36,641 nucleotides of DNA from positions 1-36,641 of the forward strand of contig JBBIML010000028.1 in assembly GCA_037444405.1 (NCBI GenBank), written 5' to 3'. A program made the position numbers and the translations under genes. Positions 8,534-16,369 of the stretch are shown piece after piece. The notes beneath the pieces were generated by a model. That model searched no databases. It saw nothing but the letters and a program-made list of their open reading frames with translations, and was not told the origin of the DNA. Positions within the stretch are counted from its first letter, which is position 1. Each line of letters starts with the position of its first letter. The stretch is from Armatimonadota bacterium. Its GTDB lineage: Bacteria > Armatimonadota > Fimbriimonadia > Fimbriimonadales > GBS-DC.

Positions 8534-8625
8534 CCTACCTCTGAGGGATTGAAACTTGACAAAAAAGTCAAGTCCTCCCCTGCTTTTTTGCCCTGGTTTG
8601 TAGCCTACCTCTGAGGGATTGAAAC
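8526..8625 (+). CRISPR. Mini CRISPR array: two identical 30-bp repeats GTTTGTAGCCTACCTCTGAGGGATTGAAAC and one 40-bp spacer (8556-8595)
   Basis: Exact repeats at 8526-8555 and 8596-8625, with the canonical ATTGAAAC 3' end; adjacent to cas6 and cas8. Confidence 0.93.
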
Positions 8626-9905
8626 TCGGGCATGTACACTGCCTGCACCAGCTCGCGGGCAGCCATCACCGATTCGGCGAACACCTGCAGGGCGAACTCC
8701 GCCTGCTCGCGCGTCAGGATCAGCGGCGGCTCCATGCGGATGACCTTCGGGTTGTTCAGCGTGTAGGCGGCGATAACCCCGCGCGGGATCATGTGGGTGA
8801 TGGTCAGCTCGCCGAAGTCGGCTTCGTGGAACTCGATGCCAATCATCAGCCCGCGCCCGCGCACCTCCTGAATGAAGTCGGGGTACTCCGCCTGCAGCTG
8901 GCGCAAGCCGTTAAGCAGGTACGCGCCTACCTCACGGGCGTTCTCCACCAGCCCCTCCTCCTCAATCACCTGCAGAGTTGCCAGCCCGGCGGCGCATGCC
9001 AGCTCGTTGCCGCCGAAGGTGCTGGTGTGCAGGAGCGGGTTCTCGCCGAACATGGCGTCCCAGAGGGTGGCGTTCGCGCTGAAGGAGCCTATCGGCAGCA
9101 CACCGCCACCGAGCGATTTCGCCAGCGTGAGGATGTCGGGCTGCACGCCGGAATGCGCCACGCCCCACCAGTCGCCCGTGCGTCCCAGCCCCGTTTGCAC
9201 CTCGTCCACAATCAGCAGTGCGCCGTGGCGGTCGCACAGCGCGCGCAGGCGCGGCAGGTAGTCATCGGGCGGGATGCGGATGCCGCCCTCGCCCTGAATC
9301 GGCTCCACAATCACCGCGGCGGTCTCATCATCGATCTGGGCGGCGACCGCGTCGGCGTCGCCAAAGGGCACATGCACGAAACCGGGCAGAAGCGGCTCAA
9401 ACGGTTTGCGGTAGACCTCGCGCCCGCTGGCGCTCAGGCTGCCAAAGGTTTTGCCGTGATAGCTGCCCAGCGTGCTGATCACCTTCGGGCGACCCGTCGC
9501 CTTGCGAGCCAGCTTGAGCGCGCCCTCCACCGCCTCCGCGCCTGAGTTGCAGAAAAAGGAGTATTGCAAATCGCCGGGCAGCAGCTCCGCCAGTCGCGCC
9601 GCCAGTTGAGCCTGCGGCGCGTTAAACATGATTTTGCTGGGCATCGGCATCCGATCGAGCTGGCGTTTGACCGCCTCAATCACCTTCGGGTGGCGATGCC
9701 CCAGCGCGAACATGCCGTAGCCGCCCAGGCAGTCCAGGAAGCGGCGCCCCTGCGCGTCCCAGATGTAGCAGCCTTCCGCGTACCATTCCACGCCCAGCCC
9801 TGCAAAGCGCAACACCTTCGCCAGACCGGGGTTCAGGTAGCGCTCGGTCAGCGTCGCTATCTCATCAGTGAATGCTTCCGGCTGTTCAGGAAACAGAATC
9901 TCCAT
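8568..9905 (-). CDS. patA: Class III aminotransferase, putrescine aminotransferase-like
   Basis: LDCLGGYG, FFCNSGAE, EPIQGEGG, DEVQTG, AKSLGGG, NPLLHTSTFGGN, TLNNPKVIRMEPPL; AGGAG SD before ATG 9905; the last ~18 codons are read from the CRISPR array. Confidence 0.8.
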   Translation of the reverse strand: MEILFPEQPEAFTDEIATLTERYLNPGLAKVLRFAGLGVEWYAEGCYIWDAQGRRFLDCLGGYGMFALGHRHPKVIEAVKRQLDRMPMPSKIMFNAPQAQLAARLAELLPGDLQYSFFCNSGAEAVEGALKLARKATGRPKVISTLGSYHGKTFGSLSASGREVYRKPFEPLLPGFVHVPFGDADAVAAQIDDETAAVIVEPIQGEGGIRIPPDDYLPRLRALCDRHGALLIVDEVQTGLGRTGDWWGVAHSGVQPDILTLAKSLGGGVLPIGSFSANATLWDAMFGENPLLHTSTFGGNELACAAGLATLQVIEEEGLVENAREVGAYLLNGLRQLQAEYPDFIQEVRGRGLMIGIEFHEADFGELTITHMIPRGVIAAYTLNNPKVIRMEPPLILTREQAEFALQVFAESVMAARELVQAVYMPEFQSLRGRLQTRAKKQGRT

Positions 9906-9960
9906 CGTCTGGCTCTCCTGCAGGAGGAGTATACCCATCTGGCGAACAGGCATGGGTGCT

Positions 9961-11112
9961 ATGTGGGAGCAGATTTTCGGCTTTGAGATGCCGACGCGGT
10001 TGCTGTTCGGCGCGGGCGCCGTTTCGAATCTGGGCTTTGAGTGCAGTTTGAACGGCTGGCGGAGCGCGCTGATAGTGACGGATCGGGGCGTGCGCGGGGC
10101 GGGGCTGACCGCGCCCGTCGAAGCGCAGCTGCAGGAGGCGGGCGTGCGCTACGACCTCTACGACGGCGTGCTGCCCAACCCGACCATCGAGTGCATCGAG
10201 GCTGCCGTGCCGCTGGCGCAGGGCAAGGAGCTGGTGATTGCGGTCGGCGGCGGCAGTGTGATGGACAGCGCCAAGCTGATTAATGTGTTGCGCACCTATG
10301 GCGGGCGCGTGCTGGACTATGAGGGCACCGACACGGTGCCAGGCGCGTGCCAGCCGCTGATTGCCATCCCCACCACCGCCGGCACGGGCAGCGAGGTGAC
10401 TTTCATTGCGATGTTCACGCATCCGGAACGGCGTCAGAAGATGCCCGTGTTGAGCCGCTATCTGGCGCCGCAGCTGGCGATAGTGGACCCCGAGCTATCG
10501 CGCCGATTGCCTCCTGCGCCCACCGCCCAGACAGGGATGGACGCGCTCACCCATGCAATTGAAGCGGTGGTGGATTTGCAGGCGAACCCGCTCTCGGACA
10601 CGCTGGCGTTCGAAGCGATCCGGCTCATCATGCGCTATCTGCCTCGCGCGGTGGAGGCGGGCGAAGCCGACATGGAGGCGCGCACGGCGATGGCGTTCGC
10701 TGCCACCATCGCGGGTGCAGCGTTCAATAACAGCATGGTTGGACTGGCGCACGCCATCGCCCACGCGATTGGCGGTCTCTATGACCTGCCGCACGGGCTG
10801 TGCTGTGCGCTCGCGCTGCCCCACGCGATGGAGTTCAACCTACCCCATCGGCGCGACCGATTCGAGCAGATTGCGCAGGTGATGGGCGTCGAAACGCCTG
10901 AAGATGCCATCCTGCGCGTGCGCCAGCTGATGAGCGACATCGACATCCCCGCGCACCTGTTCGACTTCGATATCCGCGTGTCGGAGGCGGAGCTGGAACA
11001 GTTGATTGACCTCACCTTCGCCGATGGCTCCATCCTGTTCAACCCCGTTCAGCCGACACGCGACGAGGTGCGCGCGATTCTGCGCAAGATCGCGACCTAT
11101 GCAGGCGCGTGA
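9961..11112 (+). CDS. Iron-containing alcohol dehydrogenase (start 9952 or 9961)
   Basis: AVGGGSVMDSAK, IPTTAGTGSE, GMDALTHAIE, GLAHAIAH, HG. Confidence 0.93.
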   Translation: MWEQIFGFEMPTRLLFGAGAVSNLGFECSLNGWRSALIVTDRGVRGAGLTAPVEAQLQEAGVRYDLYDGVLPNPTIECIEAAVPLAQGKELVIAVGGGSVMDSAKLINVLRTYGGRVLDYEGTDTVPGACQPLIAIPTTAGTGSEVTFIAMFTHPERRQKMPVLSRYLAPQLAIVDPELSRRLPPAPTAQTGMDALTHAIEAVVDLQANPLSDTLAFEAIRLIMRYLPRAVEAGEADMEARTAMAFAATIAGAAFNNSMVGLAHAIAHAIGGLYDLPHGLCCALALPHAMEFNLPHRRDRFEQIAQVMGVETPEDAILRVRQLMSDIDIPAHLFDFDIRVSEAELEQLIDLTFADGSILFNPVQPTRDEVRAILRKIATYAGA

Positions 11113-11144
11113 GAATGGTGTATAATAGGGTCAGGTGACCAACG

Positions 11145-11384
11145 ATGCCAATGGAGGATGTGGAGCAGCGGCGCATGGTGCTGCGCGAGATCAATAAGCG
11201 GCGCATCGACACCTCGCTGATGGATGTGCATGTGATTCACGGCGTGGTCTACATTCGGGGCACAATCCGTCCCCTGCGCGGCAACCCGGTGGACATTCAT
11301 CAGGAGCTGGAGATCATCCGCCGCATTCTGCGCCAGAAGCCTGGCATTCGCGATGTGATTATCGACGCGATTGTGCGTGGCTGA
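11145..11384 (+). CDS. Small single BON-domain-like protein
   Basis: IDTSLMDVHVIHGVVYIRGT...PGIRDV pattern resembles a BON fold; TATAAT at 11121. Confidence 0.55.
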   Translation: MPMEDVEQRRMVLREINKRRIDTSLMDVHVIHGVVYIRGTIRPLRGNPVDIHQELEIIRRILRQKPGIRDVIIDAIVRG

Positions 11385-12089
11385 ATGCTGGGCTGGCTTA
11401 TAGACGGGTTCTATCCGCGCCGCTGTGTGGGGTGCGGCGCGTTTGCGCGGGCGTATTTCTGCACGCTCTGTGAGCAGGTGCTGCCGCGAATCGTGCCGCC
11501 CCTCTGTGTCTACTGCGGTGCGCCCGCGGGCGAGCTGCCCGAATGCCCCTATTGCCACGGTACCGCTTATGCGTTCGATCGCGCGCTCTGTGTGGGGCTG
11601 TATCAGGGTCCGTTGCGGGGCGCGATTATCCATCTGAAGTTCCACCGCTGGCTGCGGGCTGCCGACGCGCTCAGCGGGCTGATTATAGAGACGCTCCGTC
11701 GCCCCGAAAACGCCGCTCTGCAGGCAGTGGATGGGCTGGTGCCTGTGCCGATTCATTCCCTGCGTCGGGCACAGCGTGGATTCAACCAGGCGGAGGAGAT
11801 GGCGCGGCTGGTCAGTCGCGCGATGGGCATCCCGCTGATGGGCGATTGCATCCAGCGGCGGCTCTATCGGCGTCCGCAGGTGGGGTTGACCGCCTCACAA
11901 CGCTGGCAGAATGTGCGCGACGCCTTCGAAGTGGTTCGCCCCGACCGCGTGCGCGGTAGAAGGCTGCTCCTGCTGGACGATGTGTTCACCACGGGCAGCA
12001 CTTTCGATGCGTGTGCCCACGCGCTGAAGCAAGCGGGCGCCGCCGAAGTGATGGCGCTCGCCGTCGCCCGCGAGGTGGACAGCCCCTAA
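11385..12089 (+). CDS. comF: ComF family protein
   Basis: Zn-ribbon CxxC pairs, VPVPIH, RGFNQA, LLLDDVFTTGST. Confidence 0.93.
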   Translation: MLGWLIDGFYPRRCVGCGAFARAYFCTLCEQVLPRIVPPLCVYCGAPAGELPECPYCHGTAYAFDRALCVGLYQGPLRGAIIHLKFHRWLRAADALSGLIIETLRRPENAALQAVDGLVPVPIHSLRRAQRGFNQAEEMARLVSRAMGIPLMGDCIQRRLYRRPQVGLTASQRWQNVRDAFEVVRPDRVRGRRLLLLDDVFTTGSTFDACAHALKQAGAAEVMALAVAREVDSP

Positions 12090-12826
12090 CGCAGATAGAT
12101 GCTGTCGCTCGATTCATACACACGCCCACCGATGAGCAGTTGCACCGACACGGTGTGCATGCCAGGCTCATCGGGCAGTCGCCAGCGCAGTTGGGGCGCT
12201 GGCGTGCGCCACTCGCTCCATTCCTGCCCGTCGGTCGCTATGCGCATCGCCTGCGCCAGGCTCGCACCGTGAATGTAAAGATCCACTTCGGGCGTGTCGG
12301 TCAGCGGTGCGTCCAGATTGATGATGAGGGGGAACACAACCGCTCGCGAGCCGAGCAGCTGCGCCCAGCAGAAGCCGTAGCGACTGCCCTCTAAGCGGGT
12401 GAAACCCAGCCCCATCTCCCGATAGGCAGGGTTCAACAGGTTCGCCTGATGGCTGGTGCTGTTCAGCCAGCCCTGGATTGCCCGCTCCAGCGTGGGCTGA
12501 CCCGCCGCTAAGTTCTCACCAAGCCACTCGAACTCGTAGCCGACCAGCAGGGCGCGCGCGTCCGCTCGCCGCCCCGCGCTGTCGATGTGCCCGAAATTGC
12601 CCGTGAGAAGAATCTCGTCGCTCATCATCTGCGCCGCGCGACACAGCTCCAGATTCAGCTTCAGCGGCGGCAGCCCCCGCTCCACACGAACCCGATTGAC
12701 CGCCGCAGCCATCTCGTGCAGCCGAATCGAAAAGGCGTTCCATTCGCCCAGCGTGTGCGCGAATATCTGGGAGCAGAACCATCCGAATGTGCCGATCCAT
12801 AGCCCGACACGCAGCCCGCGCTCCAT
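12086..12826 (-). CDS. Secreted CAP/SCP-domain protein with C-terminal beta domain
   Basis: VNRVR..GLPPL, FGH, GENLAAG, WLNSTSHQANLL, EMGLG. Confidence 0.88.
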   Translation of the reverse strand: MERGLRVGLWIGTFGWFCSQIFAHTLGEWNAFSIRLHEMAAAVNRVRVERGLPPLKLNLELCRAAQMMSDEILLTGNFGHIDSAGRRADARALLVGYEFEWLGENLAAGQPTLERAIQGWLNSTSHQANLLNPAYREMGLGFTRLEGSRYGFCWAQLLGSRAVVFPLIINLDAPLTDTPEVDLYIHGASLAQAMRIATDGQEWSEWRTPAPQLRWRLPDEPGMHTVSVQLLIGGRVYESSDSIYLR

Positions 12827-12930
12827 GCGATAATCCCCTCCGAAAACGGTAGCAGGCTCCTATTGTCGGCATGGTGGGTAGGGCTTTTCAGCTGGTGAAA
12901 ATAGGGGGAATCTCTTCGAACAGCCTCGCT

Positions 12931-12965
12931 ACCCCTTGACATTTAGCCACGCTAAGGGGTATCTT
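12931..12965 (+). promoter_or_regulatory. feo promoter with palindromic DtxR/MntR-type operator
   Basis: TTGACA 12936-12941, TATCTT 12960-12965, TTAGC-CAC-GCTAA palindrome 12943-12955 between them. Confidence 0.7.
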
Positions 12966-12973
12966 TATGGAAA

Positions 12974-13555
12974 ATGGCGCAGGCACTGGTTACCGAACGA
13001 GGGCAGATGGGGCGCGGCGGCACTCGCCGAACGCCCTTGCTGGTCATCGCGGGTCAGCCGAATGTGGGCAAAAGCGTGCTGTTCCACCGCCTCACAGGAC
13101 GCTATGTGACGGTCTCCAACTATCCGGGCACCACCGTCGAGATCACGCGTGGCAGCATGCACTATAATGGGCACACCTTCACCGTGATCGATTCGCCCGG
13201 TTTGTATTCGCTGAACCCCATCACCGATGAAGAGCGCGTGGCACGGCGCATCCTGCTGCAGGAGCGACCCGATCTGGTGCTGCATGTGGTGGACGCGAAG
13301 AATCTCGCCCGCATGCTACCGCTCACGCTCCAGCTGATTGAGCTGGGGCTGCCCACCATTCTGGTGCTGAACATGATGGACGAGCTGGAGCGGGCAGGCT
13401 TGCAGGTTGCAGTGGAGTCACTGAGCCAGCAGCTGACGATCCCGGTGGTGCCGACGGTCTGCCTCACGGGGCGTGGCATCGCTGAGCTGAAGGAGCAAAT
13501 CTATGCGCAACTCTGTGGTCGAGACGGTTCCACTCCGCTATCCGCCAGCGATTGA
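12974..13555 (+). CDS. feoB: FeoB small GTPase domain (stand-alone)
   Basis: GQPNVGKS, SNYPGTTVE, DSPG, NMMD. Confidence 0.92.
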   Translation: MAQALVTERGQMGRGGTRRTPLLVIAGQPNVGKSVLFHRLTGRYVTVSNYPGTTVEITRGSMHYNGHTFTVIDSPGLYSLNPITDEERVARRILLQERPDLVLHVVDAKNLARMLPLTLQLIELGLPTILVLNMMDELERAGLQVAVESLSQQLTIPVVPTVCLTGRGIAELKEQIYAQLCGRDGSTPLSASD

Positions 13556-14981
13556 GAGCGCGATCGCGGAGATTGCAGCGCTCCTGCGCGGGTCTTACGC
13601 GCTGAGCGAGCGCACGCTGGCGTTATTGCTCCTTCAGAACGACCCCGAAATCTGGGACGAGGTTCGCCTGCAGGAGGCGCCCGCCACGCTGGAGCGCATT
13701 CGCGCCCTGTGCGAGCGCCTGCACGCCTCCAGCGAGACGCCCATCGCCTGGCAAATCGAGCAGCAGCGCCAGCAGTTAAGCCAGCAGATTGCCGATGCGG
13801 TGCTTTCGTCGGCGTCGGATGCTGCCACGCGCCCGCGCCGCACGCTTAGCGACCATATTGGCTGGCTCTGCATGAATCCCTGGACCGGCTTGCCGATCCT
13901 CGCACTGGTGCTCTATTTCGGGCTGTATCAGTTCGTGGGCGTGTTCGGCGCGGGCACGGTGGTCGACTGGCTGGAGAACGGTCTCTTCGGGCAATATATC
14001 AACCCGTTCGTGGAGCGGCTGGTGCGCGCGGTGGTGCCTTGGGAGGCGATTCGGGCGTTGCTGGTGGGCGAGTATGGCGTGTGGACGCTGGGCGTCACTT
14101 ACGCGATTGCGCTCATTTTGCCGATTGTCACTTTCTTTTTCCTGGTGTTCGCGGTGCTGGAAGACACGGGCTATCTGCCGCGCCTAGCGATGCTGATCGA
14201 TCGGGCGTTCAAGTGGCTGGGTTTGAACGGGCGGGCGGTGATCCCGATTGTGCTGGGGTTCGGCTGCGACACGATGGCGACAGTGGTGACGCGCACGCTG
14301 GAGACCCGCCGTGAGCGGGTGCTGACCACCTTTTTGCTGACGCTGGCAATCCCCTGCTCGGCGCAGCTGGGCGTGGTGCTGGCGTTGCTATCGGCTCACC
14401 CGCGCGGATTGCTCATCTGGGCGGGCGTGCTGGTGGCGGTGTTCCTGGTGATTGGCTGGCTGGCGGCGCAGGTGCTGCCGGGCAAGCCGATGCCGTTCTA
14501 TATGGAGCTGCCGCCGATGCGCCTGCCAAGCCCCTCCAATGTGCTGCTGAAGACGCTGGCACGCCTGCACTGGTACTTCCTGGAGGTGTTGCCGCTCTTT
14601 CTGTTAGCGAGCGTGCTGATCTGGGTTGGGCAGCTCACGGGTCTATTTGACCTGGCGGTGCGCCTGATGACGCCGTTCGTGCAGGCGCTGCGACTGCCAG
14701 TGGAGACGGCTGTGGCGTTCCTGTTCGGGTTCTTCCGTCGCGATTACGGGGCGGCGGGACTCTATCGGCTCAACGAGCAGGGGCTGCTCACGGGCAACCA
14801 GCTGCTGGTGGCAGCAGTGGTGCTGACGCTGTTTGTGCCCTGCGTCGCGCAGTTCCTGGTGACCATCAAGGAGCGTGGATGGCGGGCGGCGTTCGTGATG
14901 TTCGTGCTGGCGTTCGGCATCGCGTGGCTGACAGGGCTGGTGCTGGCGCATGCACTGGCGTGGCTGGGGGTGAGGGTGTGA
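13503..14981 (+). CDS. feoB: FeoB membrane domain
   Basis: LEDTGYLPRLA, LGFGC, IPCSAQ, FYMELPP, LFVPCVA; own AAGGAG SD before ATG 13503. Confidence 0.92.
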   Translation: MRNSVVETVPLRYPPAIESAIAEIAALLRGSYALSERTLALLLLQNDPEIWDEVRLQEAPATLERIRALCERLHASSETPIAWQIEQQRQQLSQQIADAVLSSASDAATRPRRTLSDHIGWLCMNPWTGLPILALVLYFGLYQFVGVFGAGTVVDWLENGLFGQYINPFVERLVRAVVPWEAIRALLVGEYGVWTLGVTYAIALILPIVTFFFLVFAVLEDTGYLPRLAMLIDRAFKWLGLNGRAVIPIVLGFGCDTMATVVTRTLETRRERVLTTFLLTLAIPCSAQLGVVLALLSAHPRGLLIWAGVLVAVFLVIGWLAAQVLPGKPMPFYMELPPMRLPSPSNVLLKTLARLHWYFLEVLPLFLLASVLIWVGQLTGLFDLAVRLMTPFVQALRLPVETAVAFLFGFFRRDYGAAGLYRLNEQGLLTGNQLLVAAVVLTLFVPCVAQFLVTIKERGWRAAFVMFVLAFGIAWLTGLVLAHALAWLGVRV

Positions 14982-15172
14982 GATATTGCGCGTTTTGCGG
15001 GCAGGCGCTGGACCAGCAGGCGATTGAGAAGGCGTGTCGGGGCTGCGGCGCGTTCGGCGGCTGCCACCTCATCAAGTGCCCCTATTGCGGCTACGAGCAG
15101 CCGCAGGAACCCCAGTGGCTCCAGCGACTGGTGGAGTGGGCGAAGCGCCGCCGCAGGGAGCCGTCACGATGA
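14978..15172 (+). CDS. Small Cys-rich protein in the feo operon (64 aa)
   Basis: MRYCAFC...CRGC...C...CPYC; 4-nt overlaps with both feoB (GTGA) and feoA (ATGA). Confidence 0.8.
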   Translation: MRYCAFCGQALDQQAIEKACRGCGAFGGCHLIKCPYCGYEQPQEPQWLQRLVEWAKRRRREPSR

Positions 15173-15396
15173 ACGCAGTGCCCCTCACGCAACTGCGCAC
15201 GGGCGAAACGGCACGAATCGTGCGAATCGAGCCCGATTCGGAAGGGCACTGGCGCAAGCTCACGGCGCTGGGCGTTTGCCCCGGCGCCGTGCTGTGCCTC
15301 GTTCAACGATTCCCCACCTATGTGCTGCAGATTGGCTGCTCCACCATCGCTATTGATCGTCAGCTGGCACGCCAGATCGAAGTGGAGCGACTTTAG
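15169..15396 (+). CDS. feoA: FeoA
   Basis: PLTQLRTGETARIV...KLTALGVCPGA...IAIDRQLARQIEV; 75 aa. Confidence 0.9.
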   Translation: MNAVPLTQLRTGETARIVRIEPDSEGHWRKLTALGVCPGAVLCLVQRFPTYVLQIGCSTIAIDRQLARQIEVERL

Positions 15397-15401
15397 CCAC
15401 C

Positions 15402-15491
15402 CTACCAGATGTCCTCCAGCGCATCGCGGAGCAGGTTATAGGCGCCCACGATGCAGGCGGCTGCCACCACTAATGCCAGCGCGGATAACAT
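15402..15491 (-). CDS. Unannotated 29-aa hydrophobic peptide MLSALALVVAAACIVGAYNLLRDALEDIW
   Basis: Clean ORF with strong GGAGGTG SD (15502-15508); single TM-like helix; converges on the feoA stop. Confidence 0.6.
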   Translation of the reverse strand: MLSALALVVAAACIVGAYNLLRDALEDIW

Positions 15492-15613
15492 CGCTGATCA
15501 GCACCTCCCCTGAAAGGATGGGCGCAGGGGTCTTCCACGCCCTCTGACGGGAATGCTTCCCGAAGGGGCGCGACACCGCTTAAGTGAGATTGCGGGTTTC
15601 GATCCGCTGGATT

Positions 15614-15636
15614 CACGGGCAGGATGCCCGTGCTAC
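15614..15636 (-). repeat. GTAG-type REP-like palindrome
   Basis: Minus strand reads GTAG-CACGGGCA-TCC-TGCCCGTG, just after the MBL gene stop. Confidence 0.6.
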
Positions 15637-15641
15637 TGGGG

Positions 15642-16289
15642 CTACAGGAAGGGGTTCGTGGCGCGTTCGACGCTGACGGTAGTGATGGCGCCGTGCCCTG
15701 GTAGAAGGATGGTATCGTCGGGCAGGGTCAGCACGCGCGTGTGCAGATGCTCCAGCAGGGTCTGGTGGTCGGAATAGGGGATGTCGGTGCGCCCGACGCT
15801 GCCCGCGAAGATGGCGTCGCCACAGAACAGGTGTAGCGGCTCCGCCTTCAACAAGAAACCGAGATGGTCGGGTGAATGCCCCCGCAACGCCAGCACTTCA
15901 AACTCCAGAGCGCCCACCTGAAACGAGTCACCCTCCTGCAAAAATCGATCGGGCACAGGCACGGGTTCGCCAACCGACAGACCGACATAGGCGGCGTGTT
16001 CGTGCGCGTAGCGCGCCCAGGTGTCCCACTCGCCGCGCGACATCCAGAAGGGCGCGCCCGTCAGCCGTTTCAGATAAGGCACACCCATCACATGGTCAAA
16101 GTGCCCGTGCGTCGCTAACAGCAGGGCGACCGACGCCCGATGCGCCTGCAGGCGCACAGCAACCTGTTCCGGCTCGCCGCCAGGGTCAATCACCACCGCC
16201 TGACGGCTGGCTCGCTCGATCACCAGATAGCAGTTCGCCTGCAACGGTCCCAGCGTCAGCGTCTCAATAATGAAAGGCGGCTCACTCAT
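15642..16289 (-). CDS. MBL-fold metallo-hydrolase (glyoxalase II-like)
   Basis: THGHFDH, GHSPDH, GDAIFAGSVGRTD, PGHG. Confidence 0.93.
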   Translation of the reverse strand: MSEPPFIIETLTLGPLQANCYLVIERASRQAVVIDPGGEPEQVAVRLQAHRASVALLLATHGHFDHVMGVPYLKRLTGAPFWMSRGEWDTWARYAHEHAAYVGLSVGEPVPVPDRFLQEGDSFQVGALEFEVLALRGHSPDHLGFLLKAEPLHLFCGDAIFAGSVGRTDIPYSDHQTLLEHLHTRVLTLPDDTILLPGHGAITTVSVERATNPFL

Positions 16290-16369
16290 GGCGGTTCAGG
16301 ACAGTTTCACCTGCAAAGCATACCTCACAGGCGGCGGGAGATGGGCGGTCAATCGGGAATCGATAAGCG

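Noticed and set aside
15392..15405. TTTAGCCACCCTAC, resembling the feo operator
   Set aside because: Explained by two convergent stop codons (TAG and CTA); not in a promoter position
15510..15612. Known riboswitch class (c-di-GMP, cobalamin, NiCo) in the structured intergenic region
   Set aside because: I could not match the conserved nucleotides of any class by eye; kept only as an unclassified structured leader
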